Shown here: positions 11,296 through 20,963 of the stretch, one piece after another
Layout of the letters: every line of letters starts with the position of its first letter
Numbering within the stretch: the stretch's first letter is position 1
From: Candidatus Hermodarchaeota archaeon
GTDB lineage: Archaea > Asgardarchaeota > Lokiarchaeia > Sigyniarchaeales > SOKP01
DNA length: 64,000 nucleotides
Reading direction: 5' to 3'
Assembly: GCA_048885525.1 (NCBI GenBank)
Contig: JBHLLP010000003.1
Span: 64,001-128,000 of the forward strand
Made by a program: the position numbers and the translations under genes
The notes under the pieces: model-generated
Database searches by the model: none
Told to the model about the DNA's origin: nothing
Seen by the model: the letters and a program-made list of their open reading frames with translations, nothing else

Positions 11296-11907
11296 TTGTT
11301 GATATTATTGAGTAAGAAATCCCTCAAAAATAAGGATATTGTTTTAACTGGCCAATATTTGGGTGTAGTGGAAGAATTCCTTCCTGATAAACAATCCACA
11401 TTTACTAAGGATGGCAAAATATTCGCCAGTAAAACAGGTATGATTACTATTAATGATAAAGAGAAGAGAATTGAAATAAGTACCCATCAAGAAAAAGATA
11501 GGAAGACTGTTAAAATAGGAGATACTGTTATTGGTGTAATTCTTTTTTTAAGACAATATTCAGTTGGTATTAATTTTTTTACTATAAATAGGAAAATACA
11601 TTTCAATTCAAGTTATTTTGGAAACATACACGTATCACAGATTTCAGATAGGTACGTTGAGAAAATAAACGATGCCTTTCAAATAACAGATATAATACGT
11701 GCGAGTGTTGTAGATCAGGAGTATAATGAATACAAATTAAGTACCATTGGAAAAAATTTTGGAGTTATATATGCTGATTGTGTAATCTGTGGAAATAATC
11801 TTACAAAAATCGGATATAATAAACTGAAATGTGAACGTTGTGGAAATGTGGAGAGTAGAAAACTTGCGAATGATTTTGGAAATGTAACGAATAATTTAAG
11901 ATTTTAA
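11296..11907 (+). CDS. csl4: Exosome RNA-binding protein Csl4
   Basis: GQYLGVVEEF N-domain, S1 domain IHVSQIS, C-terminal zinc ribbon C..CG..C..CG..ESRK. Confidence 0.92.
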   Translation: MLILLSKKSLKNKDIVLTGQYLGVVEEFLPDKQSTFTKDGKIFASKTGMITINDKEKRIEISTHQEKDRKTVKIGDTVIGVILFLRQYSVGINFFTINRKIHFNSSYFGNIHVSQISDRYVEKINDAFQITDIIRASVVDQEYNEYKLSTIGKNFGVIYADCVICGNNLTKIGYNKLKCERCGNVESRKLANDFGNVTNNLRF

Positions 11908-11945
11908 AAATTATTTTTACTTCTAAAAAATTCAAGTGTATATTA

Positions 11946-12164
11946 GTGAGAAAAGTCGGGAAAAAAGTTATTTATTTTTACAATAATAGTGGTTCATTAG
12001 ATAATACAATCCAATTTCTTGAAAACATTCAGAAGAAAGTGAATTACCTCAATCTAAATGTCTCCGTTGAAGGTAAAAACATTAAAGTCACACTTTTTGG
12101 CTCAAAAGATCTCCAAAATTTGGCAACAGAAAGATTGAAGGATCTAGCAAATCGGTATTTGTAA
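11946..12164 (+). CDS. Small hypothetical protein, possibly resembling the DUF2067 N-terminal domain
   Basis: 72 aa alpha/beta protein between csl4 and rpoL, the position DUF2067 occupies in some archaea. Confidence 0.5.
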   Translation: MRKVGKKVIYFYNNSGSLDNTIQFLENIQKKVNYLNLNVSVEGKNIKVTLFGSKDLQNLATERLKDLANRYL

Positions 12165-12259
12165 GAAATCAGTTTTTTTTATAAAACCATAAAAAATTTA
12201 TTATATTTTATATAATTTTTATTAATGTTATCAAATCTGTAGCATTAGGAATAATAATA

Positions 12260-12754
12260 ATGGCAAAAAAAAAAGCTGTTAAACCAGAAGAAAAAGAAGA
12301 AGAGGAAATGGATGAATTTGCAGAGGAATTACTAGAAGATAGTGAAATGGATGATATTTACCCCAAATTAAAAGAAAAAAAAGAAACAAAATCAAAACCT
12401 ACTTCTCTTGAAGAAACTATTGATGAGGAAGAATTAGAATTTGAACTAGAAGAAGAAGCGAGATTTCCAGATTATAAATACCTCAATTTGAGAATTAAAA
12501 AGGGAAGTGGTGAAAATGATTATGAATTATTCATTGAAGGCCAATCACATGGATTTTGTAATATACTTATAAAACATCTATTAGATATTGAAGGTGTTAA
12601 CATAGCAGCATATAAATATACTAAAATTGAACCGGCAACAATATTCATCCGTCTTGAGAAAAAATGTGAAATTAAAGATATTTTACATAAAGGAATTGAA
12701 TTATTACGAGAAGAAGTTAGCGAGGTTCAAAAATTATTTAAAAAACTAACCTAG
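12260..12754 (+). CDS. rpoL: RNA polymerase subunit Rpo11 (L) with acidic N-terminal extension
   Basis: IEGQSHGFCNIL...GVNIAAY matches the Rpo11/Rpb11 core; synteny with csl4. Confidence 0.82.
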   Translation: MAKKKAVKPEEKEEEEMDEFAEELLEDSEMDDIYPKLKEKKETKSKPTSLEETIDEEELEFELEEEARFPDYKYLNLRIKKGSGENDYELFIEGQSHGFCNILIKHLLDIEGVNIAAYKYTKIEPATIFIRLEKKCEIKDILHKGIELLREEVSEVQKLFKKLT

Positions 12755-12805
12755 CATTTTACTCTTTTTATAAAACTTTATAAGAATCCTTAATTCCATA
12801 TCTTA

Positions 12806-13258
12806 ATGGATTACGATTTTTTAATATCGGATTTAAATATTAATAAGTCACAAAAGATTATTGGGACCGATAAAGGCTTGGCTAAAATCGGAGATGCTAT
12901 TGTTAATTTAGTTTATTCTGTTGCAAAATCTGTTTTTTTAACTAAAAATAATCCAAACAACAAAATTGTTAGAACAGGAAAAAAAGTAAGTAAAAGTGTT
13001 TTAGAAGTAGCATTAAAACATGCTAATATGAAAAATTATGCAAAAACAAGAGCTGATGCTCATGATCTTGCTGATACAGTTGAAGCATTAGTAGCCTATG
13101 TTTGGTTAAGTAATAAAATGACCTTAAAGGAAATAATTAATTTTTTGGAAGAAAATCTTACTGGGGATTTATATAATAGATCTGAAGAACTTAAAAATGC
13201 AACTATAGCTTTTACAAATCTTTTAAATTATATTAAAAAATTTTTGCCAGAAAAATAA
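12806..13258 (+). CDS. Archaeal ribonuclease III-like protein
   Basis: LAKIGDAIVN and ADTVEALVA RNase III signature-like motifs, no dsRBD. Confidence 0.78.
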   Translation: MDYDFLISDLNINKSQKIIGTDKGLAKIGDAIVNLVYSVAKSVFLTKNNPNNKIVRTGKKVSKSVLEVALKHANMKNYAKTRADAHDLADTVEALVAYVWLSNKMTLKEIINFLEENLTGDLYNRSEELKNATIAFTNLLNYIKKFLPEK

Positions 13259-13262
13259 AAAG

Positions 13263-13823
13263 ATGAAAGATAATCCCATAACAATTGGATTCGATGATGC
13301 AAATTTTGATTTTCAATCAGAAATCAAATATACTCAATTAATTGGGGTTATTTGTCAAGGTACAAGAATGGTTAGTGTTTTACGAGATAAAATCATGATA
13401 GATGGGGATGATGCAACAGAAACCTTAATAAATTTGGCAAAAAAAAATGAAAAACACCTACAATATATTTTAACCCACACAATAACCTTTGGTGGATTTA
13501 ATCTTATAAATCTAGAGAAAATAAATTCTGAAATCCAAAAACCTATTATTGCTATAACTGAAAGAGAAGTAGATATTGACATAGTAACAAAGGCTCTTAA
13601 AAGCAAATTCCCTAAAACATATAAAAACAAATTTAGATGCATTATTGATGCTGGAAATTTATATGAAACGGAAATAATTACTGCAGGGGGGATGTCAAAA
13701 TTATTTTTCCATTGTAAAGGTATTGAAATTAAAGAAGTGGAATCTCTTTTAAAAAAAATTTGTATAGACTCCAAATTACCAGAATCAGTCAGAATGGCAC
13801 ATCTAATTGGAAAACTATTTTAA
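13263..13823 (+). CDS. DUF99 family protein (endonuclease V-like fold)
   Basis: IGFDD, IDGDDAT, ITFGGFN, LPESVRMAHLI. Confidence 0.85.
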   Translation: MKDNPITIGFDDANFDFQSEIKYTQLIGVICQGTRMVSVLRDKIMIDGDDATETLINLAKKNEKHLQYILTHTITFGGFNLINLEKINSEIQKPIIAITEREVDIDIVTKALKSKFPKTYKNKFRCIIDAGNLYETEIITAGGMSKLFFHCKGIEIKEVESLLKKICIDSKLPESVRMAHLIGKLF

Positions 13824-13839
13824 ATTTTAAAATTGGGCT

Positions 13840-14310
13840 TTAATCTTCCTCAATTTCATACTCTAAAATTTCACGGATTCTATCTCGTAAATCCGATCTT
13901 ATTGCAGACATTCCATATGTAGTAACACCCAACTTCTTCTGAACTTTTTTTGCGCTTAAAGCCTGAGGAAGATCTTGTTTATTTGCTATAGCAATAATTT
14001 TAGTGTTCATATAGCGTGAAAACTTATCATATATTTCTTTAGTCCTTTCAATGTTATCTTCTGTAGAATCACATACTAAAACCGCTAAACCCGTTCCCCT
14101 AATAAAATCTTGCCACATGAACCTAAACCGTTCTTGGCCTCCAAAATCCCAAATATTTACTTTTTTGCCATTAAGAACCGAGTCTTCAATTTCTAACCCT
14201 ACTGTTGGATTTGTATCTTTCGATATTTCTCGACCTTGGAGCAAGCTTAACAGTGATGATTTTCCAACACTACTCAACCCTAAAAAGCAAATTTTTGTTT
14301 TAGTTGAAAG
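13840..14310 (-). CDS. Small Ras-superfamily GTPase, Arf-like (start extended upstream of the track's TTG; non-canonical start likely)
   Basis: KICFLGLSSVGKS (G1, partly upstream of 14277), PTVG (G2), WDFGGQERFRFMW (G3), NKQD (G4), MSA (G5). Confidence 0.9.
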   Translation of the reverse strand, partial: LSTKTKICFLGLSSVGKSSLLSLLQGREISKDTNPTVGLEIEDSVLNGKKVNIWDFGGQERFRFMWQDFIRGTGLAVLVCDSTEDNIERTKEIYDKFSRYMNTKIIAIANKQDLPQALSAKKVQKKLGVTTYGMSAIRSDLRDRIREILEYEIEED

Positions 14311-14569
14311 AACTTTAAATCAACCTTCTCTAAATAGAAGTTTCTTAAGTAGAAAAGGCAAATTAAGCTTCAAAAAAGATAATAATATTCGTATATCATA
14401 AGAATACTATAATATAATACAAAGAAAATGTAATTTGAAATCAAAAAGGTTAACATTAATGTTGTTTTAAATATGCTTTTTGATTCATTTAATGAACTTA
14501 ATAAATAGACTTAAAAAAATAATCAATTAAAAATAAGAATATAATAAAAAATTTCAAGATAGGATTAAT

Positions 14570-15877
14570 TTAGGCTCCTGTGTTAATTTCCTTGACAATT
14601 CCCACGGCTACGGTTCTTCCCATATCACGGACAGCAAACCGACCCATTTCTGGAAAAGCTTCATATTTTTCAAGACACATTTTCTTGATAGGACTTAACT
14701 CTACAAGAGCAGATTCATTTTTCTTAAGAAACTTTGGTGAATCCTCAATCACAGCCCCTGTCTTTTGATCCATCTTTTTAAGTAGGCTGGTGAATTTAGC
14801 AGCAACCTGTGCTGTATGTGCGTGAATTACGGGAGTATAACCTTGCGCAAGTGCTGTGGGGTGCCAAATAACAATAATCTGTCCAGTCCATTTCCCTTTA
14901 GGGGTAATCACTGTTGGTGGATCACTTGGATGACCTAAACAATCTCCTCTACTTGCATCTGCCATTGTAATTCCTCGGATACTAAATCCTACGTTGTCTC
15001 CTGGTATGGCTTGTGGAATCTCTTCATGATGCATTTCAATACTTCGAACCTCCCCCTGAAAACCAGTTGGCATTATTATTATTTTATCTCCCTTCTTTAA
15101 AATTCCAGTTTCTACTCGACCAACAGGGACAACTCCTGTTCCTTTAATTCTATAAGCATCTTGAATGGGAAGCCTTAGGGGTTTACCAGTTGGCTTTTCT
15201 GGAAGAACAAATTGATCTATAGCATCAATCAGGGTTGGACCATCATACCAAGGCATCTTGTCACTTTTCCTTGAAAGGTTTTCCATTTGCATACCAGAAG
15301 TAGGGACAAAGGGTACTTCCTTAAGCTTAAAACCAATGTTTTTTAGAAGATCTCCAACAGCATCCTTACATTCATTGAATCTTCCCTCAGAATAATCATA
15401 AACATCAGCTTTATTAACTGCAACAACCATTTGTTTTACACCTAATGTTTGTGCCAAGTAAGCATGTTCACGAGTCTGTCCATTAGCAGCGATCCCAACT
15501 TCCATTTCACCTTTCTTCCCAGAGACAACTAAGATAGCAGCATCTGCCTGAGACGCACCAGTTATCATATTTTTTACGAAATCCGCATGGCCAGGTGCGT
15601 CAATGATGGTGAAATATTTTGATTTAGTCTCAAATTTTCTAAATGCTAAGTCAATTGTGATACCTCGTTGCCTCTCCTCTTTTAATCTGTCAAAAACAAA
15701 GGCATAAGACCAAGATTCTCTATCATATTCCTTAGCTAATTTTTCTAACTCACGTGCTTCTCTATCAGTAACTGCTCCTGTCTCAATAAGCATTGCTCCC
15801 ATCATGGTTGATTTACCGTGGTCAATGTGTCCAATAATCACAAGATTCAGATGTTCCTTTTCGACCATTTTCATCAA
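14570..15877 (-). CDS. tuf: Translation elongation factor EF-1 alpha (likely ATG start at 15868)
   Basis: GHIDHGKST, RGITID, DAPGH, NKAD, GRFAVRDMG. Confidence 0.98.
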   Translation of the reverse strand: MMKMVEKEHLNLVIIGHIDHGKSTMMGAMLIETGAVTDREARELEKLAKEYDRESWSYAFVFDRLKEERQRGITIDLAFRKFETKSKYFTIIDAPGHADFVKNMITGASQADAAILVVSGKKGEMEVGIAANGQTREHAYLAQTLGVKQMVVAVNKADVYDYSEGRFNECKDAVGDLLKNIGFKLKEVPFVPTSGMQMENLSRKSDKMPWYDGPTLIDAIDQFVLPEKPTGKPLRLPIQDAYRIKGTGVVPVGRVETGILKKGDKIIIMPTGFQGEVRSIEMHHEEIPQAIPGDNVGFSIRGITMADASRGDCLGHPSDPPTVITPKGKWTGQIIVIWHPTALAQGYTPVIHAHTAQVAAKFTSLLKKMDQKTGAVIEDSPKFLKKNESALVELSPIKKMCLEKYEAFPEMGRFAVRDMGRTVAVGIVKEINTGA

Positions 15878-16330
15878 TTTCCTTAATTTTTTTTGAATTA
15901 AATTTTCTAATTTTTAATTATCAAATAAAATAATTTTTATTAGATGTTAATTGTAAATGTTGTTGAGTTTATATTTTTTACTATATTTCAGCGTAATCAT
16001 CGAGTTTTAATAAGTATTACAATGAATAAATATCAATCCTTATATAGATAATTTTTAATTAAGATTTCTAATAATCTCACCGGATAATTAAATGGTTTTA
16101 TCCGATTAGAGTCTTATATTTTATCAATAAAATAAATAAAAGAAACTTAATTTTGTATTAGTTTAGTTTAAATTTGGACTTCAAGTGGAGTTCAATATTT
16201 CAAACTATATATTAATAAAGTTCATAATAATATTTTAAAAGAAAAAGTAAGCTTAACTAATTTAATTACATTTTTAACTTAATTTATATAAAAGAATTCT
16301 TCTATTGAGAGGTGATTTTTTATAAAACGG

Positions 16331-17287
16331 ATGCTAAAGGGGATTAATAAAACATTAAGTGCTTTAGGAATGGGATGTTTTGGTATTGGAGGTCCATTTA
16401 TGCGCTCCAATGGTTCTTATCTAGGATATGGAAAAGTAAATGATGAAGAATCAATAAAGACAATCCATAGGGCTATAGAACTTGGAATTACTATTTTTGA
16501 TACAGCAGATATATACGGAGTGGGCAGAAGTGAAAAAGTTCTTGGAGAAGCATTAAAGGAATATAGAGATGATGTTGTAATTGTTACAAAATTTGGTAGT
16601 GTTTTTGAGGAAGGAAATCCTCGTACTCTAGATAAGAAAGATACAAGTCCTAAATATATTCGCAATGCCCTTGAATCTAGTATGAGGCGACTTCAAACAG
16701 ATTTTATCGATGTCTATCAATTACATTCCAGTGGCCATGATATTAATGACGCAAGAAAAGTACAGATAATTTTAGAAGAATTAGTAGAAGAAGGATTAAT
16801 TGGTGGATATGGATGGAGTACAGATGATCCAAACCGAATGGAAGTATTCGCAAAAAGTGAAAAATGCAATTCAGTAGAATATACTATGAATATTACACTT
16901 ATAAATGATCAAATGATACAACTCTGCGAGAACAGCAATTTAATTGGATTGATAAGGAGTCCCTTAGCTTCTGGTATACTTACTGGGAAATATAATGAAC
17001 ACACTGAGATCCCAGCTGATCATATGTTAGCTGGAGTTGATTTTTCTCAAGATCAATATAAAAAAATAAATAGTAAGTTTCAAGAATTAAAAGAAATAAT
17101 AAGGCAGGATGGTAGAACACTAATTCAAGGACAACTTGGCTATCTTATGACTACCAGTGAAACTACAATCCCTATCCCTGGAGCAAAAACGGTTGAACAA
17201 ATTGAAGAGAATGCTAGAACTCTAGAATTTGGGCCTTTACCTACAGATATTGTAAAAGAAATTAAAACACTAATAGCAGATCTTTAA
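16331..17287 (+). CDS. Aldo/keto reductase
   Basis: SALGMG, FDTADIYG, TKFG, DFIDVYQLH, SPLASG, IPGAKT. Confidence 0.93.
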   Translation: MLKGINKTLSALGMGCFGIGGPFMRSNGSYLGYGKVNDEESIKTIHRAIELGITIFDTADIYGVGRSEKVLGEALKEYRDDVVIVTKFGSVFEEGNPRTLDKKDTSPKYIRNALESSMRRLQTDFIDVYQLHSSGHDINDARKVQIILEELVEEGLIGGYGWSTDDPNRMEVFAKSEKCNSVEYTMNITLINDQMIQLCENSNLIGLIRSPLASGILTGKYNEHTEIPADHMLAGVDFSQDQYKKINSKFQELKEIIRQDGRTLIQGQLGYLMTTSETTIPIPGAKTVEQIEENARTLEFGPLPTDIVKEIKTLIADL

Positions 17288-17438
17288 TTATATTAATAAT
17301 ATTCGAAGAATTATCATAGCATATTAGAAATGTTTTTGAATTGATGGAAGTTAATTTTATTCAAATTTTTAGATAATATTGATTTGATTCAAATAAGAAA
17401 TATAAACGAGTTGAAATTTAACTAAATAACAATTAATA

Positions 17439-19319
17439 TTGGTCGATAAAAAAGGGATTAAAATGGGAAATGGATATACTGGAAATATTTTAAGAATAGA
17501 TCTAGGGAATGAAAGGACCTCAATAGAAAATCCCGACGATATTTTCTACCGTAGATATATTGGAGGTGAGGGCATTGTAGCCTACTATCTCTTAAAGGAA
17601 TTAAAAGCTGGTATTGATCCACTAGGCCCAGAAAATAAATTAATCTTTGCAGCGGGGCCTTTAACAGGTTTGACTATTCCAGGAACGGGTAGAAATAGTG
17701 TTGGAGCGAAATCACCTTTAACAGGAGGTTTTGGAGAAGCAGAAGTAGGAGGTTATTGGGGTGCAGAATTAAAGCATACCGGATATGACGCTATAATTAT
17801 TGAAGGAAAAGCAAAAAATCCTGTTTATCTCTGGATAAACAACGGAGAAATTGAAATTAAAGATGCTGGCCATCTCTGGGGCAAAATTACAGGTGACACA
17901 CAAAAAATTATACAGGATGAATTGAATAATAAAAATATTCGTATTGCACAAATTGGTCCTGGGGGTGAAAAGTTAGTAAGATATGCTTGTATTATTAATG
18001 AATTAAGAGATGCTGCCGGAAGAACAGGGATGGGATGTGTAATGGGATCAAAAAATCTTAAAGCTATTGCTGTTAAAGGGAACAAAAAACCTGAAGCAAA
18101 AGACAAGGAGAAGCTTCGAGAATTAATAAAAATGTATAATGAAGTTTATCAAGAAACTATTGCTGGTTATTTTGAATTTGGTACTGGAGGTGATTATATG
18201 GAAAGATCTGCTTCTTCAGGTAACCTTCCTTTTCGAAATTTCAGAGACGGAGGATTCACTAATGCTAAAGCATTAGACCCCATAAATATTAAAGAAACGT
18301 TTGGTATGGAGAAAGATGGTTGTTATGCTTGTTCTATTCGCTGTAAAAAGATCATTAAGATTGAAAATCCTTGGACTATAGATTCCATTTATGGAGGTCC
18401 TGAATATGAAACATTAGGAGCGTTAGGTTCAACCTGTGGTATCGATGATGTAGCAACGGTATGTAAAGGCAATGAACTTTGCAATAAATATTCACTAGAT
18501 ACAATTTCAACTGGGGTTTCAATTGGATTTGCAATGGAATGCTATGAAAATGGAATTTTATCAGATAAAGATACTGATGGGATTAAGCTTAACTTTGGAA
18601 ATTCGGAAGCAATGATTCAAATGATAGAAAAGATTGCCCATCGACAAGGATTAGGAGATATATTAGCAGAAGGTGTTAAAAAAGCTGCTGAAAAGATAAA
18701 AAATGGTTCAAATAAATATGCTATGCATGTTAAAGGTGTTGAGATTCCAATGCATGAACCTCGCCTCAAACAAGGATTAGGTATTGGGTATGCACTCTCA
18801 CCAACTGGTGCAGAACATATGACTAATCTCCATGATGATTCAATTTCTCATAGTAGAGTTATGGCACGCCACGGTCCTATAGGAATATTAGAACCTTTAG
18901 AAATGAATGATTTAAGTCCAAAGAAGGTAAGAGCAGTACTATATCATACAAATTGGCAATATCTATCTAATGCATTGCTCATGTGTTACTTCCTTTCTTG
19001 GTCATATCATCATCTCACTGAAGTAGTACAAGCAGTGACTGGATGGAATACTTCAATATGGGAATTAATGAAAGCAGGAGAGAGGATTTCTACAATGGCA
19101 AGGGTATATAATACCCGAGAAGGATTAACTGAGAATGATGATTGGTTACCAGAAAGATTTTTCGAACCACATACTTCAGGAGCTCTGTCTGAAGTCTCTA
19201 TTGATCCTGAAAAGTTGAAAAGCGCAATTAAGACATATTATAAAATGATGGGTTGGAATGAGAATGGGATACCTACTAAAGCAAAACTTGAAGAATTAGA
19301 AATTGATTGGATTATCTAA
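17439..19319 (+). CDS. aor: Tungsten-containing aldehyde:ferredoxin oxidoreductase (likely ATG start at 17463)
   Basis: AKSPLTGG, GRTGMGCVMGSKNLKA, CYACSIRC, GPEYET, DTIS, DWLPERF. Confidence 0.93.
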   Translation: MVDKKGIKMGNGYTGNILRIDLGNERTSIENPDDIFYRRYIGGEGIVAYYLLKELKAGIDPLGPENKLIFAAGPLTGLTIPGTGRNSVGAKSPLTGGFGEAEVGGYWGAELKHTGYDAIIIEGKAKNPVYLWINNGEIEIKDAGHLWGKITGDTQKIIQDELNNKNIRIAQIGPGGEKLVRYACIINELRDAAGRTGMGCVMGSKNLKAIAVKGNKKPEAKDKEKLRELIKMYNEVYQETIAGYFEFGTGGDYMERSASSGNLPFRNFRDGGFTNAKALDPINIKETFGMEKDGCYACSIRCKKIIKIENPWTIDSIYGGPEYETLGALGSTCGIDDVATVCKGNELCNKYSLDTISTGVSIGFAMECYENGILSDKDTDGIKLNFGNSEAMIQMIEKIAHRQGLGDILAEGVKKAAEKIKNGSNKYAMHVKGVEIPMHEPRLKQGLGIGYALSPTGAEHMTNLHDDSISHSRVMARHGPIGILEPLEMNDLSPKKVRAVLYHTNWQYLSNALLMCYFLSWSYHHLTEVVQAVTGWNTSIWELMKAGERISTMARVYNTREGLTENDDWLPERFFEPHTSGALSEVSIDPEKLKSAIKTYYKMMGWNENGIPTKAKLEELEIDWII

Positions 19320-19378
19320 ACTTAATAAAAAGAGAGAGAAATATTCTTTATTATTACCTCCAAAAAATTTTTCTATTC

Positions 19379-19825
19379 TTAGAGTTTTAAATCCTTGAAT
19401 AATTTATCTTTATTTTTTCGTATTAAATCAAAGATTTCATTAATTTCTTCTTGGAAATTTACTTTTTCCCCGTCTAAATCATTAATTTCAACTATAACTT
19501 TGTTTTTTAAAAATTTCTCGAAAACTAGATCAATATCATAAATATTTACATGAGTCTCTTTAAAAAAATCTAAGAGATGATGTAAATAAAGAGCTTTAAT
19601 ATAACCTTTCTTATTTGAGTCCTTTTCATAAAAATATTTAAGTTGCTGGAAAATGATACCCTCATCGTTATCTTCTAATTTTATATCATCTTGATGATGA
19701 ATCGCCCATTCAAATCCATAATCAAGTGCTTTATTAATCAAATACGCAATATTATTTTTAATTCCGGCTTTTTTAGCCCATTTATTATGAATATACCAAT
19801 TTGGAATTTTTGAATCACTTCTCAA
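19379..19825 (-). CDS. Hypothetical protein with possible metal-binding His/Asp motifs
   Basis: PNWYIH, D...HH.D, LHHLLDF. Confidence 0.6.
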   Translation of the reverse strand: MRSDSKIPNWYIHNKWAKKAGIKNNIAYLINKALDYGFEWAIHHQDDIKLEDNDEGIIFQQLKYFYEKDSNKKGYIKALYLHHLLDFFKETHVNIYDIDLVFEKFLKNKVIVEINDLDGEKVNFQEEINEIFDLIRKNKDKLFKDLKL

Positions 19826-19930
19826 ATACCTTCTTTATTTGAATGATGAAAAAAATAAAAAATTATAGATTATTAAATTAAATTAAGAATTTATAAAAGT
19901 AATATAATAAATTATGGTGTTCTCAATACA

Positions 19931-20752
19931 ATGGTAAAAAGTAAAACGAAGTTTCCAAGGGAAGGAGAATTTGTAGTTGCTAAAGTGACAGAGGTGCAAG
20001 ATCAATATGTTTACGTTGATTTAATTGATTTTGAGGGTTTAGACTCTGAAGAATGTGCTAGAGGAATGATACATATATCAGAAATAAGTTCTCGATGGAT
20101 CAAAAATATACGTAATTATGTTCGAATTGGTCAAAGAGTAGTTTTACGAGTATTAAGGGTAGATACAGATAAGGGACATGTAGATTTGTCATTAAGACGA
20201 GTAAATTCTGCTCAAAGAAAAAATCGAATAAAAGAATGGAAATATGCATTAAAATTTGAAAATTTACTACAATTTCTTACAGAAACAGAAAATATTGGTA
20301 TAACACTAGATAAGGCATATGAGACAATAGGATTTCCTATCCTTGATTATTTCGATTCATATCAAGAAGCTGTTGAAAGTCTTAAAGAAAGTGGAGATGA
20401 ACTTCTATCTGAATTACCTGGAATGACGGATGGAACAAAATCGTCTTTATTAAAGATAATTAATGAAAATGTAAGTATTTCAACAGTGAGCATATCTGGT
20501 AAGGTTAAACTATCAATTCCTTCAGAAAATGGGATAGAAGAGATTAAAGATTCATTATTAAAAGCAATAAATGTAATAGAGCCAAAGCAAACCAGAAATA
20601 TTAATATTGATTATATTGCAGCACCATATTATCGATTAGAAATTGTTTCAAAGGATTATTTAGATGCAGAAAATATTTTATCTGACGCTTTAGAAATTAT
20701 TGAACAAAATGCTGAAAAATATAATGGATCTTTTGAATTTATTAGAGACTAG
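19931..20752 (+). CDS. eif2a: Translation initiation factor 2 alpha subunit (aIF2a)
   Basis: FPREGEFVV, S1 domain IHISEISSRWIKNI, HVDLSLRRV, AAPYYR; upstream of nop10. Confidence 0.95.
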   Translation: MVKSKTKFPREGEFVVAKVTEVQDQYVYVDLIDFEGLDSEECARGMIHISEISSRWIKNIRNYVRIGQRVVLRVLRVDTDKGHVDLSLRRVNSAQRKNRIKEWKYALKFENLLQFLTETENIGITLDKAYETIGFPILDYFDSYQEAVESLKESGDELLSELPGMTDGTKSSLLKIINENVSISTVSISGKVKLSIPSENGIEEIKDSLLKAINVIEPKQTRNINIDYIAAPYYRLEIVSKDYLDAENILSDALEIIEQNAEKYNGSFEFIRD

Positions 20753-20763
20753 AAATTCGAGAT

Positions 20764-20961
20764 TTGATATTAGATATGACAAAATACCTTCAAAAATGTA
20801 GTAATTGTAATAAATACGGATTACAAAATCCTGAATCAAAGTGCCGTTATTGCGGAGGTCAGCTAATTAATCCGAGACCTCCAAAATATTCTCCAATAGA
20901 TAAATATGGAAAATATCGACTAAAATATTTTAAAGAAAATTTCGATAAGAAGTTTAAATAA
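20764..20961 (+). CDS. nop10: H/ACA RNP protein Nop10 (likely ATG start at 20776)
   Basis: C..C..Y.L...C..CG, PPKYSPIDKYGKYR. Confidence 0.92.
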   Translation: MILDMTKYLQKCSNCNKYGLQNPESKCRYCGGQLINPRPPKYSPIDKYGKYRLKYFKENFDKKFK

Positions 20962-20963
20962 AA

